DNA from: an uncultured delta proteobacterium
Lineage (GTDB): Bacteria; Desulfobacterota; DSM-4660; Desulfatiglandales; HGW-15
Assembly: GCA_963702565.1 (NCBI GenBank)
Contig: CAVPDE010000029.1
Location: 1,439-65,438 of the forward strand
DNA length: 64,000 bases
Direction: 5' to 3'
Every line of letters starts with the position of its first letter. Position 1 is the first letter of the stretch. Under the pieces are notes generated by a model. It did not search any database. It was not told the DNA's origin and worked only from the letters and a program-made list of their open reading frames with translations. The translations under genes were made by a program, and so were the position numbers. Shown here in pieces: positions 28,499-37,953 of this stretch.

Positions 28499-30268
28499 AT
28501 GGCGAGAGTGGATTTGACCATTGAAATATGCGGGATGTCGGGGGATGGGACCATCGCTGCGGGAGGAATTCTGAACGAAGCCATGTCCAGAGCCGGCCTT
28601 TCCGTGCTTGCCTTTGATTCCTACCCGGCCGAGATTCGAGGGTTCGGCCGTTGCGTCACCCATTCGCGAGTCGGCGATCAGGAAATGAGAGCTTTGAGCG
28701 ACAAAACCCATGTCCTCATTTCCCTGGATGACAAGGAATCTCAGTCGCGGACCCCGTTTCTTGCAAAGGAGGCGGTGGTGCTCTTCGACAGCAAGCCCCC
28801 GTCCTATGTGGAGGAGGGAACCTCCATTGCGGCTCATGTCGAACCTGATGCACGCCTGTTCGGTATGCCTTTATCCGACCTGGCTGCAGCGGCATCCGGA
28901 AGCACGAGGGGCAGAAACCTGGCAGCGCTCGGAGGCTTTGCGGCGATCTTCGGTGTTCCTCCCAGACCTTTCCAGGATGTGATCACGAAGAAATTCAAGG
29001 GAAAAGGTGAAAAGGTCCTCGACGCCAATCTGAAGAGCTTCGACGCCGGATACCGTTACGCCTCAGAGACCTTCAAGGAAAGGGAACGGCCGGCTCTCAC
29101 CTTGCCGGAGCCGGAGAAGGAGGAAAAGATCCTCATTTCCGGAAATGAAGCGGTGGCCCGCGGGGCACTCGATGCCGGCCTCAAACTCTACTTCGGGTAT
29201 CCCATCACCCCGGCGACACCGATCATGGAATACTTGGCTAGGACATTGCCGGAGCGGGGAGGAAAAGTGATGCAGATGGAAGATGAAATCGCTTCCATCG
29301 GCGCAGTGCTGGGGAGCTTCTTCGCGGGAAAGAGGGCGATGACAGCCACGTCGGGCCCGGGGTTTGCCCTGATGACCGAGCTCATCACTCACGGGGTCAT
29401 GTCGGAAATCCCCGCCGTGATCATCAATGCCCAAAGGGGGGGGCCTGCCACAGGGCTGCCGAGCAAAACCGAGCAGTCTGATTTGCAGGCCGCGGTTTTC
29501 GGCGGGCCCGGGGATTCTAGCCGGATCGTCATCGCGCCCACCAATGTGAAGGAGTGCTATGAATTCACCCTGATGAGCTTTCAGCTGGCTGAGCGATACC
29601 AGACGCCGGTCATCGTGCTCACGGACTTTTTTCTCAATAACCGTGTGGAGAAGGTTAAAACCCTTGGGGTATCGGAGGCACAGCGAGCAGACTGGAACCT
29701 CTATCCCGACGAATCAAGCAGGGGCCGATACGAGCGTTACAGAATCACGGAATCCGGAATTTCGCCCAGGGCCATCCCGGGGACAGAGGGGTTTCTTTTC
29801 GACGCTACGGGACTGGAGCACACGGAAAAGGGAAGACCCGATTACTCCTCCGAGATCCATTCGAAGATGACGGAGAAGCGGCATCGAAAGATTCAAGGCG
29901 CTTTAAAGGATCTGCCGGAGCCGCTGGAATTCTCCTCCGGTAAAACCATGGATGTGGGAGTCATCGCCTGGGGATCGACCTTCGGCTCAGCCCTTGAGGC
30001 AGTGTTGACAGCGCAACAGGAAGGCATGAAAGTTGGGGCGTTAAAGGTAACAAGCCTTTTTCCCTATCACGCCGAAGCCATCCGAGCTTTCATGAAAAAG
30101 TGCAAAGCGATCCTGATCCCTGAGCTCAACTTCGAAGGCCAACTGGCCAATCTGATCGGGCATCTGTGCGGAAAAGATGTAGTCAGGCTGAACCGGGCAA
30201 CGGGGATGCCGATGCCATCGAGCCTGATACTTGAAAAGATAGAATCACTGGTGGAGTCAAAAGGATAG
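28499..30268 (+). CDS. korA: 2-oxoacid:ferredoxin oxidoreductase alpha (fused gamma-alpha, KorA-type)
   Basis: GYPITPA, EDEI, ATSGPG, QRGGPATGLPSKTEQSD. Confidence 0.88.
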   Translation: MARVDLTIEICGMSGDGTIAAGGILNEAMSRAGLSVLAFDSYPAEIRGFGRCVTHSRVGDQEMRALSDKTHVLISLDDKESQSRTPFLAKEAVVLFDSKPPSYVEEGTSIAAHVEPDARLFGMPLSDLAAAASGSTRGRNLAALGGFAAIFGVPPRPFQDVITKKFKGKGEKVLDANLKSFDAGYRYASETFKERERPALTLPEPEKEEKILISGNEAVARGALDAGLKLYFGYPITPATPIMEYLARTLPERGGKVMQMEDEIASIGAVLGSFFAGKRAMTATSGPGFALMTELITHGVMSEIPAVIINAQRGGPATGLPSKTEQSDLQAAVFGGPGDSSRIVIAPTNVKECYEFTLMSFQLAERYQTPVIVLTDFFLNNRVEKVKTLGVSEAQRADWNLYPDESSRGRYERYRITESGISPRAIPGTEGFLFDATGLEHTEKGRPDYSSEIHSKMTEKRHRKIQGALKDLPEPLEFSSGKTMDVGVIAWGSTFGSALEAVLTAQQEGMKVGALKVTSLFPYHAEAIRAFMKKCKAILIPELNFEGQLANLIGHLCGKDVVRLNRATGMPMPSSLILEKIESLVESKG

Positions 30269-30269
30269 A

Positions 30270-30378
30270 GATGCAAGTAGCGTGATGCAGGTAGCAGGTT
30301 GCAGGTCGATAAAACCCAAAGACTGATTCTGATGCTTTTTCAACAAGCAACAAGCGACCTGCAACGTGCGGCCCGCAT
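30270..30378. repeat. Inverted 7-mer tandem-repeat pair
   Basis: G(A/T)TGCAG-like x5 (30270-30305) versus CAACCTG-like x5 (30341-30378). Confidence 0.7.
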
Positions 30379-30433
30379 GAAGATAGGTACTATGAAATCA
30401 AGAGTTGTTCATGGATTGTTGCAAGGGTGAAAT

Positions 30434-31234
30434 ATGAAGACATCCGGTAAAGTGCTTGCCGAGCAGGTCAAGAAGATCGAAGAATCAAAGGTGTTTTCGA
30501 TTCGGTCTCCGAACCTGCCGACCTGGTGTCCCGGTTGCGGATACTTCGGGATTCACCAGGGTTTGAACAATGCCATTCAGCGGCTGGAACTCCCTCATCA
30601 CAAGATCGTCGTTGTCTCAGGAATAGGATGCGCAGGACGCTATCCGTTTTTTACAGACACCTACGGCCTTCACACGGTTCACGGACGGACCCTTCCCGTA
30701 TCAACAGGAGTGAAACTCGCGAATCCCGAACTCACCGTATTTGCCGTCGGAGGCGACGGCGACGGTCTGGGGATCGGAGGAGGGCATCTGCCTCACATGG
30801 CGAGAAGGAATGTCGATGTCAAGTACCTTCTCTTTGACAACTCGATCTACGGCCTCACGAAGGGCCAGCCTTCTCCCAGTTCCCCTGTCGGCTTCAAAAC
30901 AAAAGTTTCGCCCCAGGGCAGCCAGGACGCTCCACTGAATGCAACGCTCCTTGCGCTCTCCTACGGGGCTTCTTTTGTCGCAAGGCTTTTTGCAGGAGAC
31001 CCGGAGGGGATTACAAACGCCCTGATCCAAGGCATCCGTCATAAGGGGTTTTCCTTTTTTCATGTGTACACCTCCTGCGTGACTTTTGACAAGGAGTACA
31101 AGACGTGGGACCATCTCAGGCAGTGGGTTCATCCTCTCCCTGCAAAGCACGATCCCGCGGATCGCAAGCAGGCGATCAACGAGGCCCTGGAGGATCAGTT
31201 CAGTTTGGGAGTTTTGTATGAACGACAGGAATGA
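30434..31234 (+). CDS. korB: 2-oxoacid:ferredoxin oxidoreductase beta
   Basis: WCPGCG, SGIGC, HGR, GGDGD, YGLTKGQ. Confidence 0.9.
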   Translation: MKTSGKVLAEQVKKIEESKVFSIRSPNLPTWCPGCGYFGIHQGLNNAIQRLELPHHKIVVVSGIGCAGRYPFFTDTYGLHTVHGRTLPVSTGVKLANPELTVFAVGGDGDGLGIGGGHLPHMARRNVDVKYLLFDNSIYGLTKGQPSPSSPVGFKTKVSPQGSQDAPLNATLLALSYGASFVARLFAGDPEGITNALIQGIRHKGFSFFHVYTSCVTFDKEYKTWDHLRQWVHPLPAKHDPADRKQAINEALEDQFSLGVLYERQE

Positions 31235-31297
31235 TGGAATAATGGATCAAATAAGAAAACAGAATACAGTATCCATAATGTAGAAGAAACCCCTTAT

Positions 31298-31392
31298 CAC
31301 GAAAACACGAAAGTACGAAAGCACGAAAGAAGAAGGGGTTATATAGAAAACCAGGCCCTTTTTCGTGTTTTCCAAATTTCGTGCTTTAGTGG
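31298..31392. repeat. Inverted 8-mer tandem-repeat pair
   Basis: CACGAAA(A/G) x4 (31298-31328) versus TTTCGTG(T/C)-like x4 (31361-31392). Confidence 0.85.
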
Positions 31393-31459
31393 TTGGGTTT
31401 TGTCTTAGAAACTTAGCCCGTACTTCTGAAATCCATGTAGAAAGGATCAAATACAACCA

Positions 31460-33400
31460 ATGGCGAAGAATCTAACTCACCAAATCCTTGAAGCCCATCT
31501 TGTTGAAGGGAAACTCATTCCCGGTGAAGAAATTGGAATCAAGATTGACCACACGCTTCTTCAAGATGCCACAGGCACGGTGGCCATGCTGGAGTTCGAG
31601 TCACTGGGAATTGACTCGGTGAAAGTTGAAGTCGCGGCCCAGTACGTGGACCACAACCTTCTGCAAACCGATAACAAGAATGCCGATGACCACCGCTATC
31701 TTCAAACCGCGTGTGCGCGATATGGAATCCATTTCAGCCCGGCAGGGAACGGCATTTCACACCAGGTTCACATGGAGCGTTTCGGGGTTCCCGGGAAAAT
31801 CATCCTCGGGTCGGACAGCCACACGCCGGGGGCGGCGGGGGTGTCCATGCTGGGCATCGGAGCCGGAGGACTGGACGTGGCGCTGGCCATGGCCGGCCGG
31901 CCTTATTATCTCCCCTGCCCGAAAGTCCTGGGAGTGAAGCTTACCGGAACTCTGCCGGATTGGGTGAGCGCCAAAGACGTGATCCTGGAGATGCTGCGCC
32001 GCTATGATGTGAAGGGGTGCGTCGGCAAAATCGTTGAATACTATGGGCCGGGGGTCAGGAGCTTGTCTGCGACAGACCGGGAAACCATCGGCAACATGGG
32101 AACCGAGCTCGGAGCCACAGGCACCGTTTTCCCCTCCGATGAAAACACCCGTGCCTATCTGGAAGCCCAGGGCAGAGGGGAGGTGTACCGGGAACTTCGT
32201 GCGGACGAAGGCGCTCCCTATGACGAACATGCGGAAATCGATCTCTCCTCTCTCGAGCCGCTGATCGCCTGTCCATCTTCTCCCGGCAATGTAGTCCCTG
32301 TGAGGGAGGTGGCCGGCATCAAAGCAGACCAGGTGATCATCGGAAGCAGTGTGAACTCCTCCTTCCGTGACCTCATGGTGGTCGCCAAGATCTTGGAGGG
32401 CAGGCATCGTCATCCGGACACCTCCCTGCACATCAATCCGGGAAGCAACCAGGTCCTTGAAAATGTTGCGCATGAAGGGGGCCTTGCCTTGCTGCTTCGT
32501 GCCGGCGCGCGCATCCACCAGTCCGGCTGCCTGGGATGCATCGGCATGGGCCAGGCGCCCGGCACAGGGCAGGTGAGCCTCCGCACTTTTCCGCGAAATT
32601 TTCCGGGCCGCTCCGGCACCAAGGATGACCGCGTCTATCTCTGCTCTCCGGAGACAGGAGCCGCGGCGGCTCTTAAGGGGGTGATCACAGATCCCAGGGA
32701 CCTGGGCAAAGAGATGAGCTATCCGAGAATCACAGATCCCAAGAAATATCTCGTGGACAAGGAGTCCATCATTTCGCCCTCAGAGGAACTTCGCAAAACC
32801 GAAGTCGTGAGAGGCCCCAACATCAAGCCGTTGCCGAAGATGGATCCGCTTCCTGACACGCTGGAGGGGGATGTCGTGATCAAGGTAGGCGACAACATCT
32901 CTACGGACACGATCATGCCGGCGGGGAGCAAGGTGCTCCCTCTTCGATCCAACATCGAGGCGATCAGTGAGTTCGTTTTTTACCAGATTGATCCCAAGTT
33001 TTATGAAGCGAGCAAGGAGGCAGGCAGCGTCGTTGTCGTGGGAGGTGAAAACTACGGCCAGGGTTCGAGCCGGGAGCATGCGGCCCTGGCGCCACGCTAT
33101 CTGGGAGTCCGCGTGAAAATCGCCAAGAGCTTTGCAAGAATTCACAAGGCCAACCTGTGCAACTTCGGGATCCTGCCCCTGGTTCTCAAAGACCCCAAAG
33201 ACTATGATCGTTTCAGCAGAGGGTCTCGCGTCGTCCTCCCCGGGGTACGAGCGCTGATTGCGAAGGGGGAAAAGGAAATCCCTGTGGAGGTGAATGGCCA
33301 TCGAGTGATCACGATCCTCGATGTCTCTGAAAGACAGCGCAAACACCTGCTGGCCGGAGGGACGCTGAATGATGTGAAGCAGGAGTTAAGAAGAAACTAA
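31460..33400 (+). CDS. Aconitate hydratase (single-chain, ~650 aa type)
   Basis: QDATG, VDHN, GSDSHT, CLGCIGMG, RNFPGR, NYGQGSSREHA. Confidence 0.93.
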   Translation: MAKNLTHQILEAHLVEGKLIPGEEIGIKIDHTLLQDATGTVAMLEFESLGIDSVKVEVAAQYVDHNLLQTDNKNADDHRYLQTACARYGIHFSPAGNGISHQVHMERFGVPGKIILGSDSHTPGAAGVSMLGIGAGGLDVALAMAGRPYYLPCPKVLGVKLTGTLPDWVSAKDVILEMLRRYDVKGCVGKIVEYYGPGVRSLSATDRETIGNMGTELGATGTVFPSDENTRAYLEAQGRGEVYRELRADEGAPYDEHAEIDLSSLEPLIACPSSPGNVVPVREVAGIKADQVIIGSSVNSSFRDLMVVAKILEGRHRHPDTSLHINPGSNQVLENVAHEGGLALLLRAGARIHQSGCLGCIGMGQAPGTGQVSLRTFPRNFPGRSGTKDDRVYLCSPETGAAAALKGVITDPRDLGKEMSYPRITDPKKYLVDKESIISPSEELRKTEVVRGPNIKPLPKMDPLPDTLEGDVVIKVGDNISTDTIMPAGSKVLPLRSNIEAISEFVFYQIDPKFYEASKEAGSVVVVGGENYGQGSSREHAALAPRYLGVRVKIAKSFARIHKANLCNFGILPLVLKDPKDYDRFSRGSRVVLPGVRALIAKGEKEIPVEVNGHRVITILDVSERQRKHLLAGGTLNDVKQELRRN

Positions 33401-33408
33401 AATACAAC

Positions 33409-33512
33409 TGGAGTATTGGAGTAGTGGAGTAGTGGTAAGAACTGAAAAAAACCCGGTGTACCGCTCTCGGTTTTAACGCAATACTCCAACACTCCATTAC
33501 TCCATCACTCCA
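33409..33512. repeat. Inverted 8-mer tandem-repeat pair
   Basis: TGGAGTA(T/G) x3 (33409-33435) versus CA(A/T)YACTC x4 (33479-33512); a remnant of the same family lies at 24175-24194. Confidence 0.88.
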
Positions 33513-33531
33513 GTCCTTCAAGGAGGTCACC

Positions 33532-34713
33532 ATGGCCCAAGTGGTTAGCGTGAAAAACACGGGATTGCGGGGAATCACGGTTGCCGATACCAAGATCAGC
33601 TTCATTGATGCTGAAAAGGGTGTCCTGATCTATCGGGGCTATCGGATCGAAGAGCTCGCTGAACGGTCAACCTTTATGGAGGTCGCTTACCTGCTCCTGA
33701 ACGGGTCCCTGGCCGGCCCGGAAGAGCTCAATAAGTTCGAGAAAGCTGTGACAGGCGCAAGAGAGGTTCCAACCTATGTGTACTCGTGCATGAAGCACTG
33801 GCCCAAAGGAGCAAAGCCCATGGATGTCCTCCAGGCTTGTGTCCCTGTGCTCGCCATGGCGGACCCGGAACTTGCAGAAGAGAGCAGGGAGGCCAATGTC
33901 CGGATGGCGATCCGGCTGATCGCTCGAGTGCCGGTGGTGGTCGCGGCGTGGCATCGGATCCGAAACGGGTTGGAGCCCCTCGCTTCAGACCCGACCCTTT
34001 CTCACACGGCAAATTTCCTGTGGTCGCTCCACGGGAAAAGACCGGATGCGGAAACGGCCAGAGACCTGGATGTATGTCTCATTCTTCACGCGGACCACAC
34101 GTTCAACGCTTCGACCTTTGCGTGCCGGGAGGTGGTCTCCACCCGGGCTCACATGTATGCTGGGATCGGGGCGGGGATCGGAGCTTTATCAGGAAGCCTG
34201 CACGGGGGCGCCAATGCCGAGGTGATGAAGATGCTCCTGGAACTGGAATCCGAGAAGGACATCCCGGGATGGGTGAAGGCCAGGCTGGACAAAGGAGACA
34301 GGATCATGGGCATGGGCCACGCGGTCTACAAGACCATGGACCCCAGGGCAAGATTCCTCAAGGACATGGCGTTTCGGATAGGCAAAAAGACCGGGCAGAG
34401 CCGGTGGCACGATCTCTCCACGCAAATTGAAACAGCCGGGCTGGAAGAGTTCAAGAAGAGAGGGAAGACGGAGATTCAGCCCAACGTGGATTTCTTCAGC
34501 GCGCCTGTCTACCACATGATGGGCATTCCCAGGGACTTGATGACTCCGATTTTTGCGATCTCCAGAACGGCAGGGTGGTGCAGCCACATCATTGAGGAGA
34601 AATTTGCCGAGGCCCAGGAAAAGCCGGCTCTTTACAGGCCGCAGGCGGAGTACGTGGGGCAGTACTGCGGGCTCATGGGGTGTGAGTACTCTGCTCCTGA
34701 AGAAAGGAAGTGA
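33532..34713 (+). CDS. gltA: Citrate synthase (type I / methylcitrate-synthase-like)
   Basis: LIYRGY, HADHTFNAST, LHGGAN, GMGHAVYK, PNVDF. Confidence 0.92.
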   Translation: MAQVVSVKNTGLRGITVADTKISFIDAEKGVLIYRGYRIEELAERSTFMEVAYLLLNGSLAGPEELNKFEKAVTGAREVPTYVYSCMKHWPKGAKPMDVLQACVPVLAMADPELAEESREANVRMAIRLIARVPVVVAAWHRIRNGLEPLASDPTLSHTANFLWSLHGKRPDAETARDLDVCLILHADHTFNASTFACREVVSTRAHMYAGIGAGIGALSGSLHGGANAEVMKMLLELESEKDIPGWVKARLDKGDRIMGMGHAVYKTMDPRARFLKDMAFRIGKKTGQSRWHDLSTQIETAGLEEFKKRGKTEIQPNVDFFSAPVYHMMGIPRDLMTPIFAISRTAGWCSHIIEEKFAEAQEKPALYRPQAEYVGQYCGLMGCEYSAPEERK

Positions 34714-34727
34714 CTCACCGAAACTCA

Positions 34728-34840
34728 CTTCCCCTCCCCCGGTGGGAGGGGACATAGGGGAGGGGGAAATACGGAGAGTGATAAGTATTGGCAACCTTTA
34801 CCACCCCCACCCTTGCCCTCCCCCATCAAGGGGGAGGAAT
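34728..34840. repeat. REP-like G/C-rich inverted pair
   Basis: TTCCCCTCCCCCGGTGGGAGGGGACATAGGGGAGGGGG ... CACCCCCACCCTTGCCCTCCCCCATCAAGGGGGAGGAA. Confidence 0.7.
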
Positions 34841-34915
34841 TCTTGCGTTGCCGCACTGCCTCTATGGACAGAGTTTTTATGTGGAGCTAAAGCCTCGCAT
34901 TGAAAGGATCTTCCC

Positions 34916-36307
34916 ATGAAGTATCGCATCGAGCAAGACAGCATGGGTGAGGTGAAGGTGCCGGAGGACGCCTACTATGGGGCGCAGACCCAGCGGGCCA
35001 AGGAGAACTTCTCCATCAGCATGCTGCGGTTCCCGCCCTGCTTCATCGAGGCCATTGCTCTGATCAAGAAGCATGCGGCGCAAGTGAATGCCGAGCTCCA
35101 GCTGCTCGATACTCGGCTCAGCCAAAGCATCGTGACCGCGGCCCAGGAAGTTTTTGAAGGCAAGCTCGATGATCAATTCGTTGTGGATGTGTTCCAGACC
35201 GGGTCGGGCACGTCCACCAACATGAATGTCAACGAGGTGATTGCAGGCAGGGCCAACGAACTCCTCACCGGAAAGCGGGGAGGGAAATCGCCGGTACACC
35301 CCAACGATCACGTGAACCTGGGACAGTCGAGCAACGATGTGATCCCCTCGGCAATTCACATCGCCGCTCTTCTCGAAATCAGAAATCAACTCCTCCCTGC
35401 TCTTGATCTGCTTCACAAGGAACTCAAGGAAAAGAGCGACGCCTTTCGCGATATCAGGAAGATTGCCCGCACTCATCTGCAGGACGCGGTTCCCATGACC
35501 TTGGGCCAGGAATTCAGCGGGTATGCGAGACAGGCGGAACTGGGGATCGAGCGGCTGAAGAGGGTCGAGGAGAGGCTCTCGGAACTGGCTCTCGGAGGGA
35601 CCGCTGTGGGGGATGGGCTCAACACCCATCCCGAGTTCGCCTCAAGAGTGATCGAAGCTGTTTCTCGGGAGACGGGAGGTGCCTTTAAAGAGGCAAAAAA
35701 CCATTTTGAAGCTCAGGCGGCTCAGGACGCGGTGGTGGAAACAAGTGGGACTCTGAAGACCATCGCTGTCAGCCTCATCAAGATAGCGAACGACATCCGG
35801 TGGCTCGCGTCCGGACCGCGCTGTGGGATTGGCGAGATTACCCTCCCATCGCTTCAGCCCGGTTCATCGATCATGCCGGGAAAGGTCAACCCTGTCATTC
35901 CCGAAATGGTGCTTCAGGTTGCAGCTCAGGTGATCGGCAATGACGCTGCCATCACCCAGGGAGGACAGGCAGGAAATTTCGAATTGAATGCCATGCTCCC
36001 TCTGATGGCCTACAACCTGATCCAGTCCATTCAGTTGCTCGCTGAAGCGGTGCGAGCGCTGGCGGGAAAATGCGTCAGAGGCATTGAAGTCGACAAAGAA
36101 AGGTGTACTTTGAACTTAGAACAAAGCCTCGCATTGGCCACTGCTTTTGTGCCGGCCATCGGCTATGACAAGGCGGCTTCCCTGGCCAAAGAAGCCTATG
36201 AGAAAAACAAAACCATACGGGAAGTGGCTTTGGAGAATCGGGTGTTGTCTGAAGAGGAGATTAAGAAGATCTTGGATAAGATGGTGGGAAAAGATGAGAC
36301 TCGTTGA
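34916..36307 (+). CDS. fumC: Fumarate hydratase class II
   Basis: QTGSGTSTNMN, HPNDHVN, RTHLQDA, GSSIMPGKVNP. Confidence 0.95.
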   Translation: MKYRIEQDSMGEVKVPEDAYYGAQTQRAKENFSISMLRFPPCFIEAIALIKKHAAQVNAELQLLDTRLSQSIVTAAQEVFEGKLDDQFVVDVFQTGSGTSTNMNVNEVIAGRANELLTGKRGGKSPVHPNDHVNLGQSSNDVIPSAIHIAALLEIRNQLLPALDLLHKELKEKSDAFRDIRKIARTHLQDAVPMTLGQEFSGYARQAELGIERLKRVEERLSELALGGTAVGDGLNTHPEFASRVIEAVSRETGGAFKEAKNHFEAQAAQDAVVETSGTLKTIAVSLIKIANDIRWLASGPRCGIGEITLPSLQPGSSIMPGKVNPVIPEMVLQVAAQVIGNDAAITQGGQAGNFELNAMLPLMAYNLIQSIQLLAEAVRALAGKCVRGIEVDKERCTLNLEQSLALATAFVPAIGYDKAASLAKEAYEKNKTIREVALENRVLSEEEIKKILDKMVGKDETR

Positions 36308-36413
36308 TCCAACCACCTATTCTGTCCTAGGGGCCTTTGACAGTCCCTTCCCGCAGGTGTATCAATAGATCGGTGCGCCGTTTCGGCGATACTATCTAAT
36401 GAGAGGTGTCGAC

Positions 36414-36827
36414 ATGAACAGAAAGTTTCGTATTTGCCTTTTCATGAGTCTGACTATTCTTGTTATCGTGCCCTTTCTTTTTTCTGACGCCTTTGCTCAG
36501 AAGGAAGACCCAAACGCCAATGTGTTCAATCTTTACGGGAAGGCGATTGGAACGGTCAAAGGGGATGGTCAAATCACCAACCTCTACGGCAACCCGATCG
36601 GATCTGTTGACGCCAGTGGCACGGTTTTCAACGTGAGCAAAATGTCTATCGGAAAAGTGGATGCCGACGGCACAGTGACCAACCAGACAGGGACTCCTCT
36701 GGGCAAGGTGGATGGACAGGGCAATGTATATAACATAAACGGGACAAAGGTTGGTTCGGTGAACGCCGGGGGAAACATGATGCTCATCGGCGGTGCGGCC
36801 CGGGTGCACTTTTTTGGAGTCCGATAG
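36414..36827 (+). CDS. Secreted protein with five ~18-aa beta-hairpin repeats (beta-flower-like)
   Basis: Signal peptide ending AFA; repeats of N-x-x-G-x-x-I-G-x-V-D-x-x-G. Confidence 0.75.
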   Translation: MNRKFRICLFMSLTILVIVPFLFSDAFAQKEDPNANVFNLYGKAIGTVKGDGQITNLYGNPIGSVDASGTVFNVSKMSIGKVDADGTVTNQTGTPLGKVDGQGNVYNINGTKVGSVNAGGNMMLIGGAARVHFFGVR

Positions 36828-37018
36828 GCCCTCTTCGCTGCGGGCGGTGCTGCAGGAGGGCTCACCCGAGATCTGTTTCGCTCAAGTGAACCCGATCCCG
36901 TGCTCCGTGGTTTTGTTGACCGCTGCCTCCGTGAAAGAGGATACGAGCCGATCGGCTGGCGTTGACCACTGAGCGCGTCCCTCCCCTCCTTGCCGGCAGA
37001 GGGAGTCAGTGGGTGCTC

Positions 37019-37609
37019 CTACTTAAATATGAGTTCCGCCCTTTGCCTCCCAAGTCGTTCCGTGCTGATCTCCATGGCTTTCACAATGAAGTCGATATCG
37101 GCGGCTGCGCTCTTCGGGGTGTCAGGCCTCAGGGCCTCGGTGAGAGCCTTTTCAGCTTTGTTCAGCCGGTTGAGGAAGAGCAGATAGTTCGTGCGGCTCT
37201 TGTAGGCGGACCGTATAAGAGACGGCACATCATGGCCATAGGAACGGAGAAGATCGGCGTAGTGTTCCACCAGTAGCACAAACAGCTCCTTGAAAGGACC
37301 TTTGGCTTTTTCGGGAAGGTTCGAGTCTTTCATAATCGTCTGGAGGTTGGGGCTTCCGGCTTTGTCTACGAAAGAGAGGCTCTCTTCAAGGGCGCGTTTC
37401 CTGGTAATCAGGTAATTCTTGGCAAATCCTTTGCGGCCTTCCACAACCCTTCGGACTCGGTACACGTGGTACAGCAGGAAAATGGGAATAAGGATCATCC
37501 AGAAGCTCATCTTCGGGCTTTCGAGCACCTCTCTGGAAAGATCAAAGGCAAATCGTCCTTCATATTCCAGGATGAGGGCTTTTTTTTCGCTGAGCTTAGG
37601 CAGGGTCAT
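37019..37609 (-). CDS. Conserved hypothetical protein with one TM segment
   Basis: PKMSFWMILIPIFLLY hydrophobic segment; co-oriented with the YeiH operon. Confidence 0.7.
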   Translation of the reverse strand: MTLPKLSEKKALILEYEGRFAFDLSREVLESPKMSFWMILIPIFLLYHVYRVRRVVEGRKGFAKNYLITRKRALEESLSFVDKAGSPNLQTIMKDSNLPEKAKGPFKELFVLLVEHYADLLRSYGHDVPSLIRSAYKSRTNYLLFLNRLNKAEKALTEALRPDTPKSAAADIDFIVKAMEISTERLGRQRAELIFK

Positions 37610-37661
37610 TGTCTATTTCCAGCATGCCTCTGTTCCGAGAGAATCCTTATAACTCAATCTT

Positions 37662-37949
37662 TCACTGCTCTTTGGGGGGGTATTCAAGACTGTTTCTGAT
37701 GGAGTTGACCGCTTCCCCGACTTCCTCGACTCCGGTGTAATAAAAGGCCGGTGTGTTAATCCCTGAATCATCAATAAAGCTGACGGCGGGCTTGATCCAC
37801 GGCAGGTTGTCCACAAAGGGGCCGACAACATAAGTGAGGAACCACAAGGCGGCTATACCAACGCAAAGTTTGAACCAGGATTTGAGACGCCCTGGCGGGC
37901 GCTGAGGCCCGCCGGGGCGCTGAAGGGGATTTTCTTTCTTGCCCCTCAT
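37662..37949 (-). CDS. Small single-TM hypothetical protein
   Basis: Starts 4 bp after the YeiH stop; TM segment followed by IDDSGINTPAFYYT. Confidence 0.7.
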   Translation of the reverse strand: MRGKKENPLQRPGGPQRPPGRLKSWFKLCVGIAALWFLTYVVGPFVDNLPWIKPAVSFIDDSGINTPAFYYTGVEEVGEAVNSIRNSLEYPPKEQ

Positions 37950-37953
37950 GATC

